Source of the DNA: the human T2T-CHM13v2.0 reference genome, Homo sapiens
Length of the DNA: 64,000 nt
Reading direction: 5' to 3' (one strand)
Assembly: GCF_009914755.1 (NCBI RefSeq)
Contig: NC_060938.1
Shown here: one piece after another, positions 13,040 to 27,195 of the stretch
How the letters are laid out: each line of letters starts with the position of its first letter
How positions within the stretch are numbered: position 1 is the first letter of the stretch
Translations under genes and position numbers: made by a program
The notes under the pieces: model-generated
Told to the model about the DNA's origin: nothing
The model's input: the letters and a program-made list of their open reading frames with translations, nothing else
Database searches by the model: none

Positions 13040-13440
13040 TGAAGGGCAATTTGTACACCTAAGATATTTTAAAATATGGATATTCCTTTACCAAACAATA
13101 GTATTTCTAAGAATCCACTCAATAAGAATAATCACACAAATGTGTATGCAAAGACCCATGAACAAGAATGTTTGCTGCAACTTTATTTGTAAAAGCAAAA
13201 ATAAAAATTCTTCAGCAGAGAAATCACGAAACAAAACAATACTTCATACAACGAAATATTATGCAGCCAGTAAAAATGTGATACATCTATATGTGCCAAC
13301 ATGACAATATGTCCAGGAGTGAAACCAAATCATGGCAGAACAATACTAAACAACTTTTTTTTGGCAAAATATCCACCTATACATGTCAATGCAAAGACAA
13401 AGGTCTAGAATACAGACCATTACCATTGATTTCCAAGAGA
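13040..13440 (+). mobile_element. L1ME 3' fragment
   Basis: 'aacaagaatgtttgctgcaactttatttgtaaaagcaaaa' and 'gaaatattatgcagccagtaaaaatg'. Confidence 0.7.
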
Positions 13441-14699
13441 AACATTTTCGTTTTGCAACAACAAAGGAAAAAGAAAGCACCAAACACTAGGTTTCACTTA
13501 ATGCCTGATGGGCGCCCTCATCTCTGTGACAGAGCCTGGCGCTGAGGGCGCTGGGCCAGGGAAGTGGAAGTTGAGATATTGTGCGTTTTTGCATGCATAC
13601 GTGTGTGTCTTCCTAGTTTTATGACAATTCTGGAAGCGTGGAAGGCACAAGGCAGTTAAGAGAGAAGCTCAGGCTGCCACCCCAACAAGAACGTTCTTCT
13701 TGAGGAAGCATCAAGATGGGATGAAGCCCCAAGGTCCCTCCCAACCCCGTCTGCAGTGCAGCCCCAAGGCAGCGGGTGCCCAGACAGCTGGCAGCGGGTG
13801 CGGAGGCAAACATGGAGGTGAATGTTTGCAGCTGAAATTTTGCAGACACCTCTGATGATGGGAGGCTGATCAGAAACGGATCTGGGAGCTATCAGATGAA
13901 AGACAGGCCTTGCTTTCCCTTCAAATTTGTTGACTTTTTTTTTTTTAAAGCCCCAACCACAAAGCATGAGCTCATGTGGGCATTTGCCGGAAAGGCGGCA
14001 GGCGGCCCCTGGGAGGCAGGCTTGCAGACATGGATGTTTCCACTGTGCCCTTCTAAATAAACACTGGGGCCCTTCAGCGGGGCTGCGTGCAGGAGCACAG
14101 TGAGGTGGGGTGGACCCAAAAGGATGGAATGGATAAAATAAATAAAATAGAAAGGAATGGAACATATACACTAGAATGGAAACTATAAAACAGGATGGAA
14201 TAAATGCACAAAATAAGCCAAAGTTGATAAAACAGAGCGGGCTAGACTAGGAGGTAGAAAGGAATGGATAGAACCAACTAGAATAAACAAACAACATAAA
14301 TTAGGTTGGAACTGAATAGCCAGAGGGAAATGGAGCAGAATGGGGAAAGGAAGGGGCTGGATTCTTACAGTGGGAGGGGACTTTGGTCACTTTGCAGAAG
14401 AGGTCAGTTCGCACGGACACCTGGAGACAGGGCCGGCCTCCCTTGATCAGCGCTGCCAGGAACAATTGGCGGGGCCCGTGGCTGAGGTTTGCAGGGTTTC
14501 CCTCGGAGGTAAGGCGGTCTAGGTGCAGACCCCAGAGAGAGCCCTGGGTGAGCCCAGGACCCTGCACCCTGCTCCAGCCCTGTCACTGACTTGGAGTAAA
14601 GCCCCACCCCTCAGCCGTTGTTTCCCTCACGTTCAACAAGGAGGTTTGCTAAGATAACTTTGAAAAGAGTCCTTCAATCTAAGGTCCTTTATTTCACAG

Positions 14700-15045
14700 T
14701 TACTGAACAGTTTCCTGAAGCCAAAGGAAACCGCAGAAATATGAATCGTCTTTCCTGCCTTGAGTCACAATTTTGATCTTTTGTTTATCGTGGATATCTT
14801 TGAGTTAATTTTGATTTTTACATAGATTGTGCTAAAATATTATTTATCTCAATTACTGAGTTTCTCTATTTACAATTTTGATCTTTCATTTATCGGGGAT
14901 ATCTTTGCATTAATTTTGATATTTAAATAGATTGTGCTAAAATATTATTTATCTCAATTACTGAGTTTTTCTGCGCATGCCCCCTCCCACCAAACTAAAG
15001 GTTGGGCCTCCAATAAGTGCTTCACTTGCCTTACCCCAGTCCCGT
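14700..15045 (-). mobile_element. MER96B-like hAT DNA transposon with an internal 105-bp tandem duplication
   Basis: 'aaaatattatttatctcaattactgagtttt' and terminal 'cttcacttgccttaccccagtcccg' match reverse-complemented MER96B; 14767-14863 is repeated at 14872-14968. Confidence 0.7.
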
Positions 15046-15911
15046 ATTTTTGGTAGACGCCATGATGACTTCCTTCCACAGAAGACAAAACAGAGGTTCA
15101 GAGAGGTTCTCTGATGACAAGATGCTGCAAACACTTACAGGAGGGCCGCTCACTCTGTGAGAAGAAAAGTGATGATGACTGTGCTCGATGAACTCACACA
15201 TGTGGCTCTTTCTGGGGCTGGGGATTTCGGGAGGCCTCGTACCAGGGGCTAAGAGGGGACAGACAGCCCCATTAGAAGAAGGACCTGCACATGCAAAGGG
15301 GTGGCGAGTTCAGCTGGAGCATAAGTCAGTGTGACTGAATTGGGGGCTGATGGGAGATCCAGGTGGGGACTTTGGGGGCCAGGTCTGGTCCATGCCCAGG
15401 CAATCTGTGTCTCCTGCATGTATGCCCTGGCTAGTGCCACCAGGCATGTCTGGATGACAGAGTGACAGGCAACTGTCGGGCAGCTTCTGGCAGGGGTTGA
15501 GGCAAAAGGCCCGAGTGGTGATGAGCAGGCCAAGAGAAGCCACTTTCTGTGCACTCATGGTCCCGGCCCCTCAGGGAAAAAGACCCTTCCCAGCCTCAGC
15601 CTGCAGGCGGGTTTATTTGGAAGGTATAGGATTTACATAAATCCTTGCCAAGTGCTAAGCACTGGAACCTAAACAGGAGATTTGAGCCACATGTTCCTGA
15701 TTTCAGATTTGGGAAGAGATTGTGGAGTGATATTGGAACCTCTGCTTCTGCTCACTTTCTGGCCACTCACCAGCCTTCCAGGACAGCCCCCTCCCAGCCC
15801 CCACCTGCACAGCCAGCCCCTTCTTTGCCGCAAACCTTCGAGAATCAGGCAAAGCCACTGCTGTAGGCAGCTGGTGCCAAGATTTGCTTCGTGCTGGGGA
15901 CACAGGACTGG

Positions 15912-16290
15912 GCTTGTGTCCCTGGGGAGCTCACTGTGCCAAAGGCCTGGCCCCTGTCCTGAGAGAGTTACGAGTCCAAAAGGAGCTCACAGCCCCGATC
16001 CTGTCCGGAGTTTGCCCAGAGCTTGAAGCCAGGGCCCTGTCTGTGGGAGCTCATGGCCCCAAGGCCCCAGTCTATTTGGCCTTGTTCTGGGGCAGCTCCC
16101 AACTTCACAGTTGTGATAGCCCTCTCCTGAGAGCAACTACAGTGTGAAAACCATCACCCTGTCCTGAGGGAGCCCATGGCCTTAAGCCATGCACTTGCCC
16201 TAAAACATGGCCTCATCCTGAAGGAGCTCAGTGTCCTAAAGACTTTATCCTGTCCTGCTGGAGATCATAGACCTGACAACATGGCCATGA
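15912..16290 (+). repeat. Highly degenerate minisatellite, ~9 copies of a CCCTGTCCTGAGGGAGCTCA-like core at ~35-55 bp spacing
   Basis: Example copies: cccctgtcctgagagagtta, ccctgtctgtgggagctcat, ccctgtcctgagggagccca, cctcatcctgaaggagctca, tcctgtcctgctggagatca. Confidence 0.6.
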
Positions 16291-16545
16291 GAGATTTAAT
16301 ATATAAACCGAAGATGGCTGGGCCATAGATGAAAACAGAACTCTGACCTACAACCTGCCCAGGAAACTAACACAAATCTACAACAACAACTCAGGAAGCA
16401 AACCTACGGTGAGTTAGACTTGCAGGAGGCCACGTGGCCATCTTTAGCGATGATCTAAACCCTGGCTTCTGTAACAGTTGGCCCCAAATGACCTGGACTT
16501 GACTGATAACTGATTGATAACTGACAGCTTCCCTAATTTGGCATG
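16290..16545 (+). mobile_element. ERVL-type LTR fragment (MER77/MER21 group)
   Basis: 'aacagaactctgacctacaacctgcccaggaaac', 'agacttgcaggag' and 'ttctgtaacagttggccccaaatgacctggacttga...ataactgacagcttccctaatt'. Confidence 0.55.
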
Positions 16546-17232
16546 CGCGTTAATGACTGCCCATGTCCCCAGACCCTTCAGTCTTAAGAAGTAAAAGCTT
16601 TACGCTGCTGGTGGAGGGGTAGTGAAATCTGCAACCCCAGGGCACAGGCAAAAGCCCATTGTTTCTGGAGAGAAGGGCACAAGAAAAAACACTTTGCCTT
16701 GGGAGTAAAGTGGAAATGCACCTTGGGCCCTGCTGGATCTGGCCCTGATGCTAAACAGAAGCTGCAACTGCTAGGGAGGTGCAGGGAACTCCCCGACAAG
16801 ACCAACCACAGACACAAGGCCAAGTTATCAGGGTAGGAAGGCAGGCAACGACCCGCCCCTGAAACCTGGTGCGGAGAACCTGCCCCAGACTGAGACTAGA
16901 TCAGGACAACAGAGAAGACCTCAGACTTTCAGAACGAGCCTGGCATCAAGCTGCTAACAGGAGCAGTGTATGTGTGTGGTGTGAGGTAAGGGCCCAAGAA
17001 CATCTCTTTGCACGGATATCCGGTTATCTCAGCACCATTTGTTGGAAAGGTTTTGGCAATGAATTGCCTTAGCATTTTTGTTAAAAATCAATTGACCATA
17101 AATATAAGGATTTATATCTGGACTCTCAAATTCTGTTCTGTTGATCTATATGTCTATCTTTGTGACAGTGTCTTATTGCCTTGATAAGTGCAGCTTAATA
17201 GTAAGTTGTGAAGTTGGGATGTGAACACCCTC

Positions 17233-18112
<880 letters not shown>

Positions 18113-20552
18113 TCAGTTTCTGGAGAAAAAAAAATTTCTGGAATTGTGATAAGGATTCCGTTAAAACTGTAGATCAATTTGGGGAGAATTGTCATCTTAA
18201 CAATGTTGAGTCCTCCAATTCATGAACATGGAACATATCTCCATTTAAATAGTTCTTTAATTTCCATAAGCACTGTTTTGTCATTTTCAGTCTATGAGCC
18301 TAGTACCTCTTTGTTAAATTTACTCTGAAGTATTTTATGTTTTTGATGATAACGTGAAAGTTATCATCAGATTTTTATTTTTATTTCAGATTACTTATTG
18401 CTAGTGTATAGAAATAAAACTGACTTTTGTATGTTAACTCTGTAACTTTGCTGAATTTGTTTATTAGTTCTAATAGGATATTTTTGTGGATTCTTTTAGT
18501 TCTTTTAGTTCCTATTGGTTCTAATAGGATTCTTTGTAGATGCAAAAGACCATGTTATCTGCAAACAGAGATAATTTTACCTCTTCCTTTGCAATTTGGA
18601 CATCTTTTATTTCTTTTCTTACTACATTTTTCTGGCTAGAACCTCCAAGAAAATATTGGGTAGAAGTGATGAAAGCAGACATTCTTGTCCGTTACTTGTT
18701 CTTAGGAGGAAAGCATACAGTTTTTCACCACTAAGTTTCATCTTTGCTATAGATTTTTCCTAGATACTCTTCATTAACTTGGGAAAGTTCCTTTCTATTC
18801 CAATTTTACTGGCAGTTTTTTCTTTTTAATCATGAATAAGTATTGGATTTTGTTATATGCTTTTTCAGCATCTATTGAGATGACTGTATAATTTTTATCC
18901 TTTCTTCTATTGATATATATTTTATTAATTTATTTTTGGTTAACCAGCCTTTCCTGGAAGAAATCCCACTTGGTCATGGTGTACAGTTATTTTTATTTAT
19001 ATGCTACTGGATTCAGTTTGCTAGTATTTTGTTGAGGAGTTTTGCATCTATATTTACAAGGAATATTGATTTCCTTTTCTTGTGATGTCTTTGTGTGATT
19101 TGGTATCAGGACAATACTGACTGCATAGAATGAGTTGGAAAGTGTTCTCACATCTTCACTTTTTTGGTTTGCTTTGGACTAGTGTTAACTCTTCTCCAAA
19201 CATTTGTTAGAGTTCACCAATGAGACCAGCTGGACGTTGACTTTTCTTTGTGGGAATTTTCCAGATTACTAACGAAATCTCTTCACTTGTTATAGGTATT
19301 AATATAATTCAGATTTTCTATTCCTTCAGTTTTGGTCATTTGTGATTTACAGAAAATAATTTAATTTAGATTATCTAATTTCTTGGCCACAAGAGTCTCT
19401 TATAATACATTTTATTTCTATAAGACTGGTAGTAATGTCCCCTTTCTCCTGATTTTAGTAATTTGTATTTTCTCTTTTGCTCTTAGTCAGTCTACAATAA
19501 GTTTGTCAATCTTTTCAAAGAACCAGCTTTTGTTTTTTAATCTTTTCTATTGTTTTTCTATTATTTTTTGTTAATTTCCACTTTCCACTTTCTCTCCTTA
19601 TACTGGTTTGGGTTTGGTTTGCATTGTTTTTTCTAGTTTTTTAGTGTGGAGGTTTAGGCTGTGGATTTGAAATTTTTCTTCTTTTTTTAATGTAGGCATA
19701 AATTTTCCTTTGAGCATGACTTCCCTACATACCACAGTTTTGGTATCTTGCGTTTCTGTTTTCATTCCTATCAACATACCTTCTAATTTCCCTTGCAATT
19801 TACCCTTTGATCCATTGTTATGTAGGAGTGTGTTGTTTAATTCCACATATCTGTAAATTTCCCAAATTTCCTTCTGTCTTTGACTTCTAATTTCATCCCA
19901 TGTGGTCAGAGAACATACTTTGCTGATCTCAGTCCTTTTAAATTTATTGAGACTGATTTTATGGCCTAACGTGGTCTATCCTGGAGGAATGTCCAGTGTG
20001 CTCTTGAGAAGAATACATATTCTGCTGTTGTTGAGTGAAATGTTCTATACATTTCTGTTAGGTTTAGTTGGCTCGTGGTGTTGTTCAAGTCTTCTTTTTC
20101 CTTATTTTGTCTAACTGCTCCATATATTAGTGAAAGTAAGGTATTGACATCTCTAGCTATTTTAGTTGAATTGCCTACTTTTATCTTTAATTCTGAGTTT
20201 TGTCTTTATGTCTCTTAGGACTATGTTGTTAGGTGCATACATGTTTGCGATTGCTATATCCTCTTGATGGATTGACACTTTCATCATTATAAAATGTCAT
20301 CTCTGTTTCTAGTAACTTTTTGTCTTAAAATGCATTTTGTCTGGTATTAATATAGCCACTCTAACTCTTTTTATATTTTCATGGTACATCTGTTTCCATT
20401 TATCAATATTTTCTACCTGTTTGTGTCTTTGAATCTACATTATGTCTGTTATAGATTGCATATAGTTGGATCATATTTTTTATTCATTCTGCCAATCCTT
20501 GCATTTTAATTGGAGTTTTAATCCAATTGGTATGATATTTCATGTCATTATT

Positions 20553-20656
20553 ATTATTATTATTTTCTTCAAATTTTTTTTAAGTTCAGGGTACATGTGC
20601 AGGACGTGCAGGTTTGTTACATAGGTAATCATGTACCATGGGGTTTCCAGCACAGA
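20553..20656 (-). mobile_element. Severely 5'-truncated L1PA (3'-terminal ~100 bp)
   Basis: 'ttaagttcagggtacatgtgcaggacgtgcaggtttgttacataggt'; 13-bp TSD tcatgtcattatt at 20540-20552 and 20657-20669. Confidence 0.85.
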
Positions 20657-21813
20657 TCATGTCATTATTGATAAGGTAGGATTTGTTCATCATTTTGCTG
20701 TCTATTTTCTATGTCTTATTCCCTTTTTGTTCTTATTTTCCACCATTACTGACTTATTATGTTTTAAATGGATATTTTCTAGTGTACCATTTTAAAACTT
20801 TTCCATTTCTTTTACTATGTATTTTTGAGTTATTTTCATGGTTGCATGGAGATTACAATTATTATCTCTATTTATAACAATTTACTCCAGATTAGTACAA
20901 AGTTAATTTTACTACTACACAAAATCTTTGTTTCCCTCTAGCTCTATGTCTTCTCCACTCTTTTATGCTGTTATTGTCATACAAAATACAACCATATACA
21001 TTGTTTTCTCATCAACATCGATTTATAATTATTGGTTTGTAAAGTTTTCTTTTAAATTAGAGAGGAGAAAAAAATTACAAAGATACATTCATATTGTTTT
21101 TTTGGATTTACCTATATAGTTATATTTACCAGTGCTCTTTGTCTCTTTATGTAGATTTGAGTTACTATTTAATGCCCTTTCTTTTCAGCATGAAGAATTT
21201 CTATAGTATTTTTTGTATGGCTGATATTATGGCAATAGGTTTTTTTCAGTTTTTGTTTATCTGAAAATATGTTTGTTTTTTCTTTATTTTAAGGATAGTT
21301 TTGCTGGCTATAAAACTATTGGCTGACAGTCTTTGCTATTAACGCTTTCAGATGTTATGTTATTTTTTTCTGGCCCCACAGTTTCTGAGGAGAAGTCAGC
21401 AATTAGTCTTATTTGAAAACCATTGTTCCTTGTAAGTAGTTTTCTCTTGCTACTTTCAATACGTTCTTTTTGTCTTTGACTTTTATCAGTTTGACTATAA
21501 TGTGTTTAGGTGTGGATCTCTGAGTTTAATCTACTGAGATTTTGTCAAGCCTCTTGGATGTTTTTATTAATGCTTTTCATCCAACTTGGGAACCTTTTAG
21601 TCATTATTTCTTCAATCATTTTCTGCCTCATTCTCTTTTTCATTTGGGGGCTCCCATTATGCATATGTTAGTACATGTGATGATTTTTACAGATATCTGA
21701 GACTCTGTCCATTTTATCTTCATTCTTTTACTTTTGTTCCCTATACTCAATGATCTCTATTGGTCTATTTTTAAGTTTACCAATTTCCTTACTCTGTCTC
21801 TCTCTCTGCCACC

Positions 21814-21816
<3 letters not shown>

Positions 21817-21850
<34 letters not shown>
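21817..21850. repeat. (GA)n microsatellite
   Basis: About 16 uninterrupted GA units, preceded by a short (TC)n run. Confidence 0.95.
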
Positions 21851-21853
<3 letters not shown>

Positions 21854-21901
21854 TTTTTATCTGAGTAACATTCAAAACAGTTGATCATTCCATCCTTTTA
21901 A

Positions 21902-24756
<2,855 letters not shown>

Positions 24757-24770
24757 TCCATCTTCTTTAA

Positions 24771-27195
24771 AAAAAAAGTTTTATTGAGATATATTTCATA
24801 TAATATAAAATGGATCCATTAAAAAAGTTCAGGTTCAGTGGTCTTTAATATATTTACAAATAAGTGCAACCAGCACCACAATAAAGTTCAGAATTTTTTT
24901 TTTTTTGGTGAAAACAAGAACCTCTCAGACTGCATTCTCTTTCTCTTACTCTCCAAGAGGAAGACAAGAACAATCACCAATGGTAAGTGGCAGCTGCAGC
25001 AAAGCAACACCAAGTGCCAGCTTCATGCTCAGGAGAGAACTCTGTGCCTCCTCCTCATAGTTTCTGGTGCTCTACACATTCAGAGAAACTTCTCTAGTAA
25101 TGAACTATAGAAATGATCCCTGAAAGTATAGTCTTCAGAACATTTTTATTACTTCAGAAAGAAACTTGTATTCTTTAACTATCATCCTCCTACTTTCCAT
25201 ATGCTCTTCCTCCCAGGCCTAAGCAACTACTAATGTACTATCTGTCTCTATAAATTTTCCAATTGTGGACATTTCATATAAATGGAATTATATAATTTGT
25301 GGCCTCTTGTGACTGGCTTTCTTTACTTAGCATACTTTTTTCAAGGTTTACCCATATCATAGCATATATCAATACTTAATTTCTTTTTATGGCCAAATAA
25401 TATTCCATTATATGGATATACCACATTTTGTTTATCCATTCATTAGTTGGTGGGCATTTGGATTGCTTCCACCTTTTGGCTATTACAAATTTTTATCAGG
25501 TATATGATTTGCAAATATTTTCTACCATTCTGTGTGTTGTCTTTTCTCTTCCTTAATAGTGTCCTTTGGAAAAACAAACAAACAAAAAAAATTAATTTTG
25601 ATGAAGTCTGATATGTCTGGTTTTACTTTGGTTGCTTGTGCTTTTGATGTTATATCTAAGATCCATTGCCAAATCAAAGATTATGAAGATTTTACCCCTT
25701 CTGTTTCCTTCTAGAATTCTGTAGTTCCAGTTTTCACATTTAGAAATTTGATCCATTTTGAGTTAACTTTTGAATACAGTGTGAGGTAAGGGTCCAATTT
25801 CATTATTTTTGTGTGTGGATCTCTAGTTGTCTTAGCACCATTTGTCAAAAGACCATTCTTTCTCCAGTGGGTGGACTTGGATTCTTGTCAAAAATCAGTT
25901 TACCCTAGAAATGTGGGTTTATTTCTGTACTCTCAATTCTATTCCATTAATCTATTTATCTACCCTTCTTCCAGTACTGTACTATAGTAATTATTCTTGC
26001 TTTGTAGTAGGTTTTGAAGTCAGGAAGTGTGAGTCTTTCTACTTTGGTTTTCTTTTTAAAGATTATTTTTGCTATTTTGAATACCTTGAATTGCATATGA
26101 ATTTTAGAACTAGCTTGTCAGTTTCTACAAAAAAAAGCTGAGATTCTGACAGGGATTGTGTTGAACTCATAGATCCATTTGGGAAGTATTGCCATCTTAA
26201 CAAAATTAAGTCTTTCAATACAGGAACATGGGATATTTTCCCATATATTTAGAGCTGTATTAATTTCTTCCAACAATGTTTTGTGGTTTTCAGAGTATAA
26301 GCTTTGCAATTCTTTTGTTAAACTTATTCCTATTTCATTTTTATTATGCTTTTGTAAATACAATTATTTTCTTAATTTCATTTTTAGTCTGTCTGTTGCA
26401 AGTGTATAGAAATGCAAGTAATTTTTATGTATTGGTCTTATATCCTAAAACCTTACTGAATTTGTTTATAAGTTCTAATAGTTTTTTAAAGTGGGTTATT
26501 CATAATCTATATATATATATACAAGATCATGACATATGCAAATAGAGATATTTTACCTTTTTTTTCCCAATCTAAATGTCTTTAGTTTTCTTTCCTTGCT
26601 AATTGCTCTGGTTGGAAACCCCAATACGATGCTGAATAGAAATGAGGAGAGCAGACATTCTTGTCTTGGTCTTGATCTTATAGAGAAAGAATCCAGTCTT
26701 TCACCATGAAATATGATGTAGCTGTGAGTTTTTCTAAGATGCCCTTTGTCAGTTTCAGAGAAAATTATCTTATATTCCTAGTTTATTGTGTGTTTTCATC
26801 ATAATGTTTATTGGGTTTTGTCGTGTAGTTTGTCTGCATAGAGATGATCATGGAGTTTTTGTTTTTTAATTCTATTGATATAGAGTGTTGTATTAATTGA
26901 TTTTTGTGTGTTAAACCAACTTTGTATTCCTGGGATAAATCTCACTTGGTCATGGTGTAGAATTATTTTTATACATTGCTGGATATGATTTGCCACTATT
27001 TTGTTGAGGATTTTGCATGCATAGTAATAAGAGATACTGGTCTGTAGTTTTCTCTTCTTGCGGTGTCTTTCTTTTGTTTTGGTATCAGGGTAATACTTGC
27101 CTCAGAATATTCATAATTTGGGAAGTGTTTCCTCCTCTTCTACTTCTTAGAAGAGATTGTGAAGAATTGGTATTCATTCTTTAAAAATGTTTGGC
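24771..27195 (-). mobile_element. L1MB-like element (3' end and ORF2), host of the U3 retrocopy
   Basis: 3' end 'ttattgagatatatttcatataatataaaat', '...ttcagaacatttttattacttcagaaagaaac', 'ggacatttcatataaatggaattatataa'; the ORF at 26808-26996 resembles L1 RT (IILHHDQVRFIPGIQSWFN). Confidence 0.8.
24920..25135 (-). pseudogene. U3: U3 snoRNA (SNORD3-family) retropseudogene, full length (216 nt)
   Basis: Minus strand reads AAGACTATACTTTCAGGGATCATTTCTATAG...GAGCATGAAG...CATTGGTGATTG...GCAGTCTGAGAGGT, colinear with U3 (boxes A'/A, B, C, D). It is followed by a 13-nt trailer, an A13 tail and a short imperfect TSD (cagaa..ttttt). Box C is mutated (TGATGA to TGGTGA), and the 5' flank is L1, with no snRNA promoter. 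Confidence 0.95.

Noticed and set aside
15060-15120. Box C/D snoRNA-like ATGATGA...CTGA
   Set aside because: Too short, no terminal stem, and the interval looks like a MIR fragment.
21790-21900. (TC)n/(GA)n plus a short L2-like segment as an L1 3' transduction
   Set aside because: No distal poly(A) and no convincing TSD; cannot be supported by eye.
24920-25135. Functional U3 snoRNA gene
   Set aside because: Box C is mutated, CpGs have decayed, poly(A) and TSD are present, and it sits inside an L1 with no PSE/DSE promoter.
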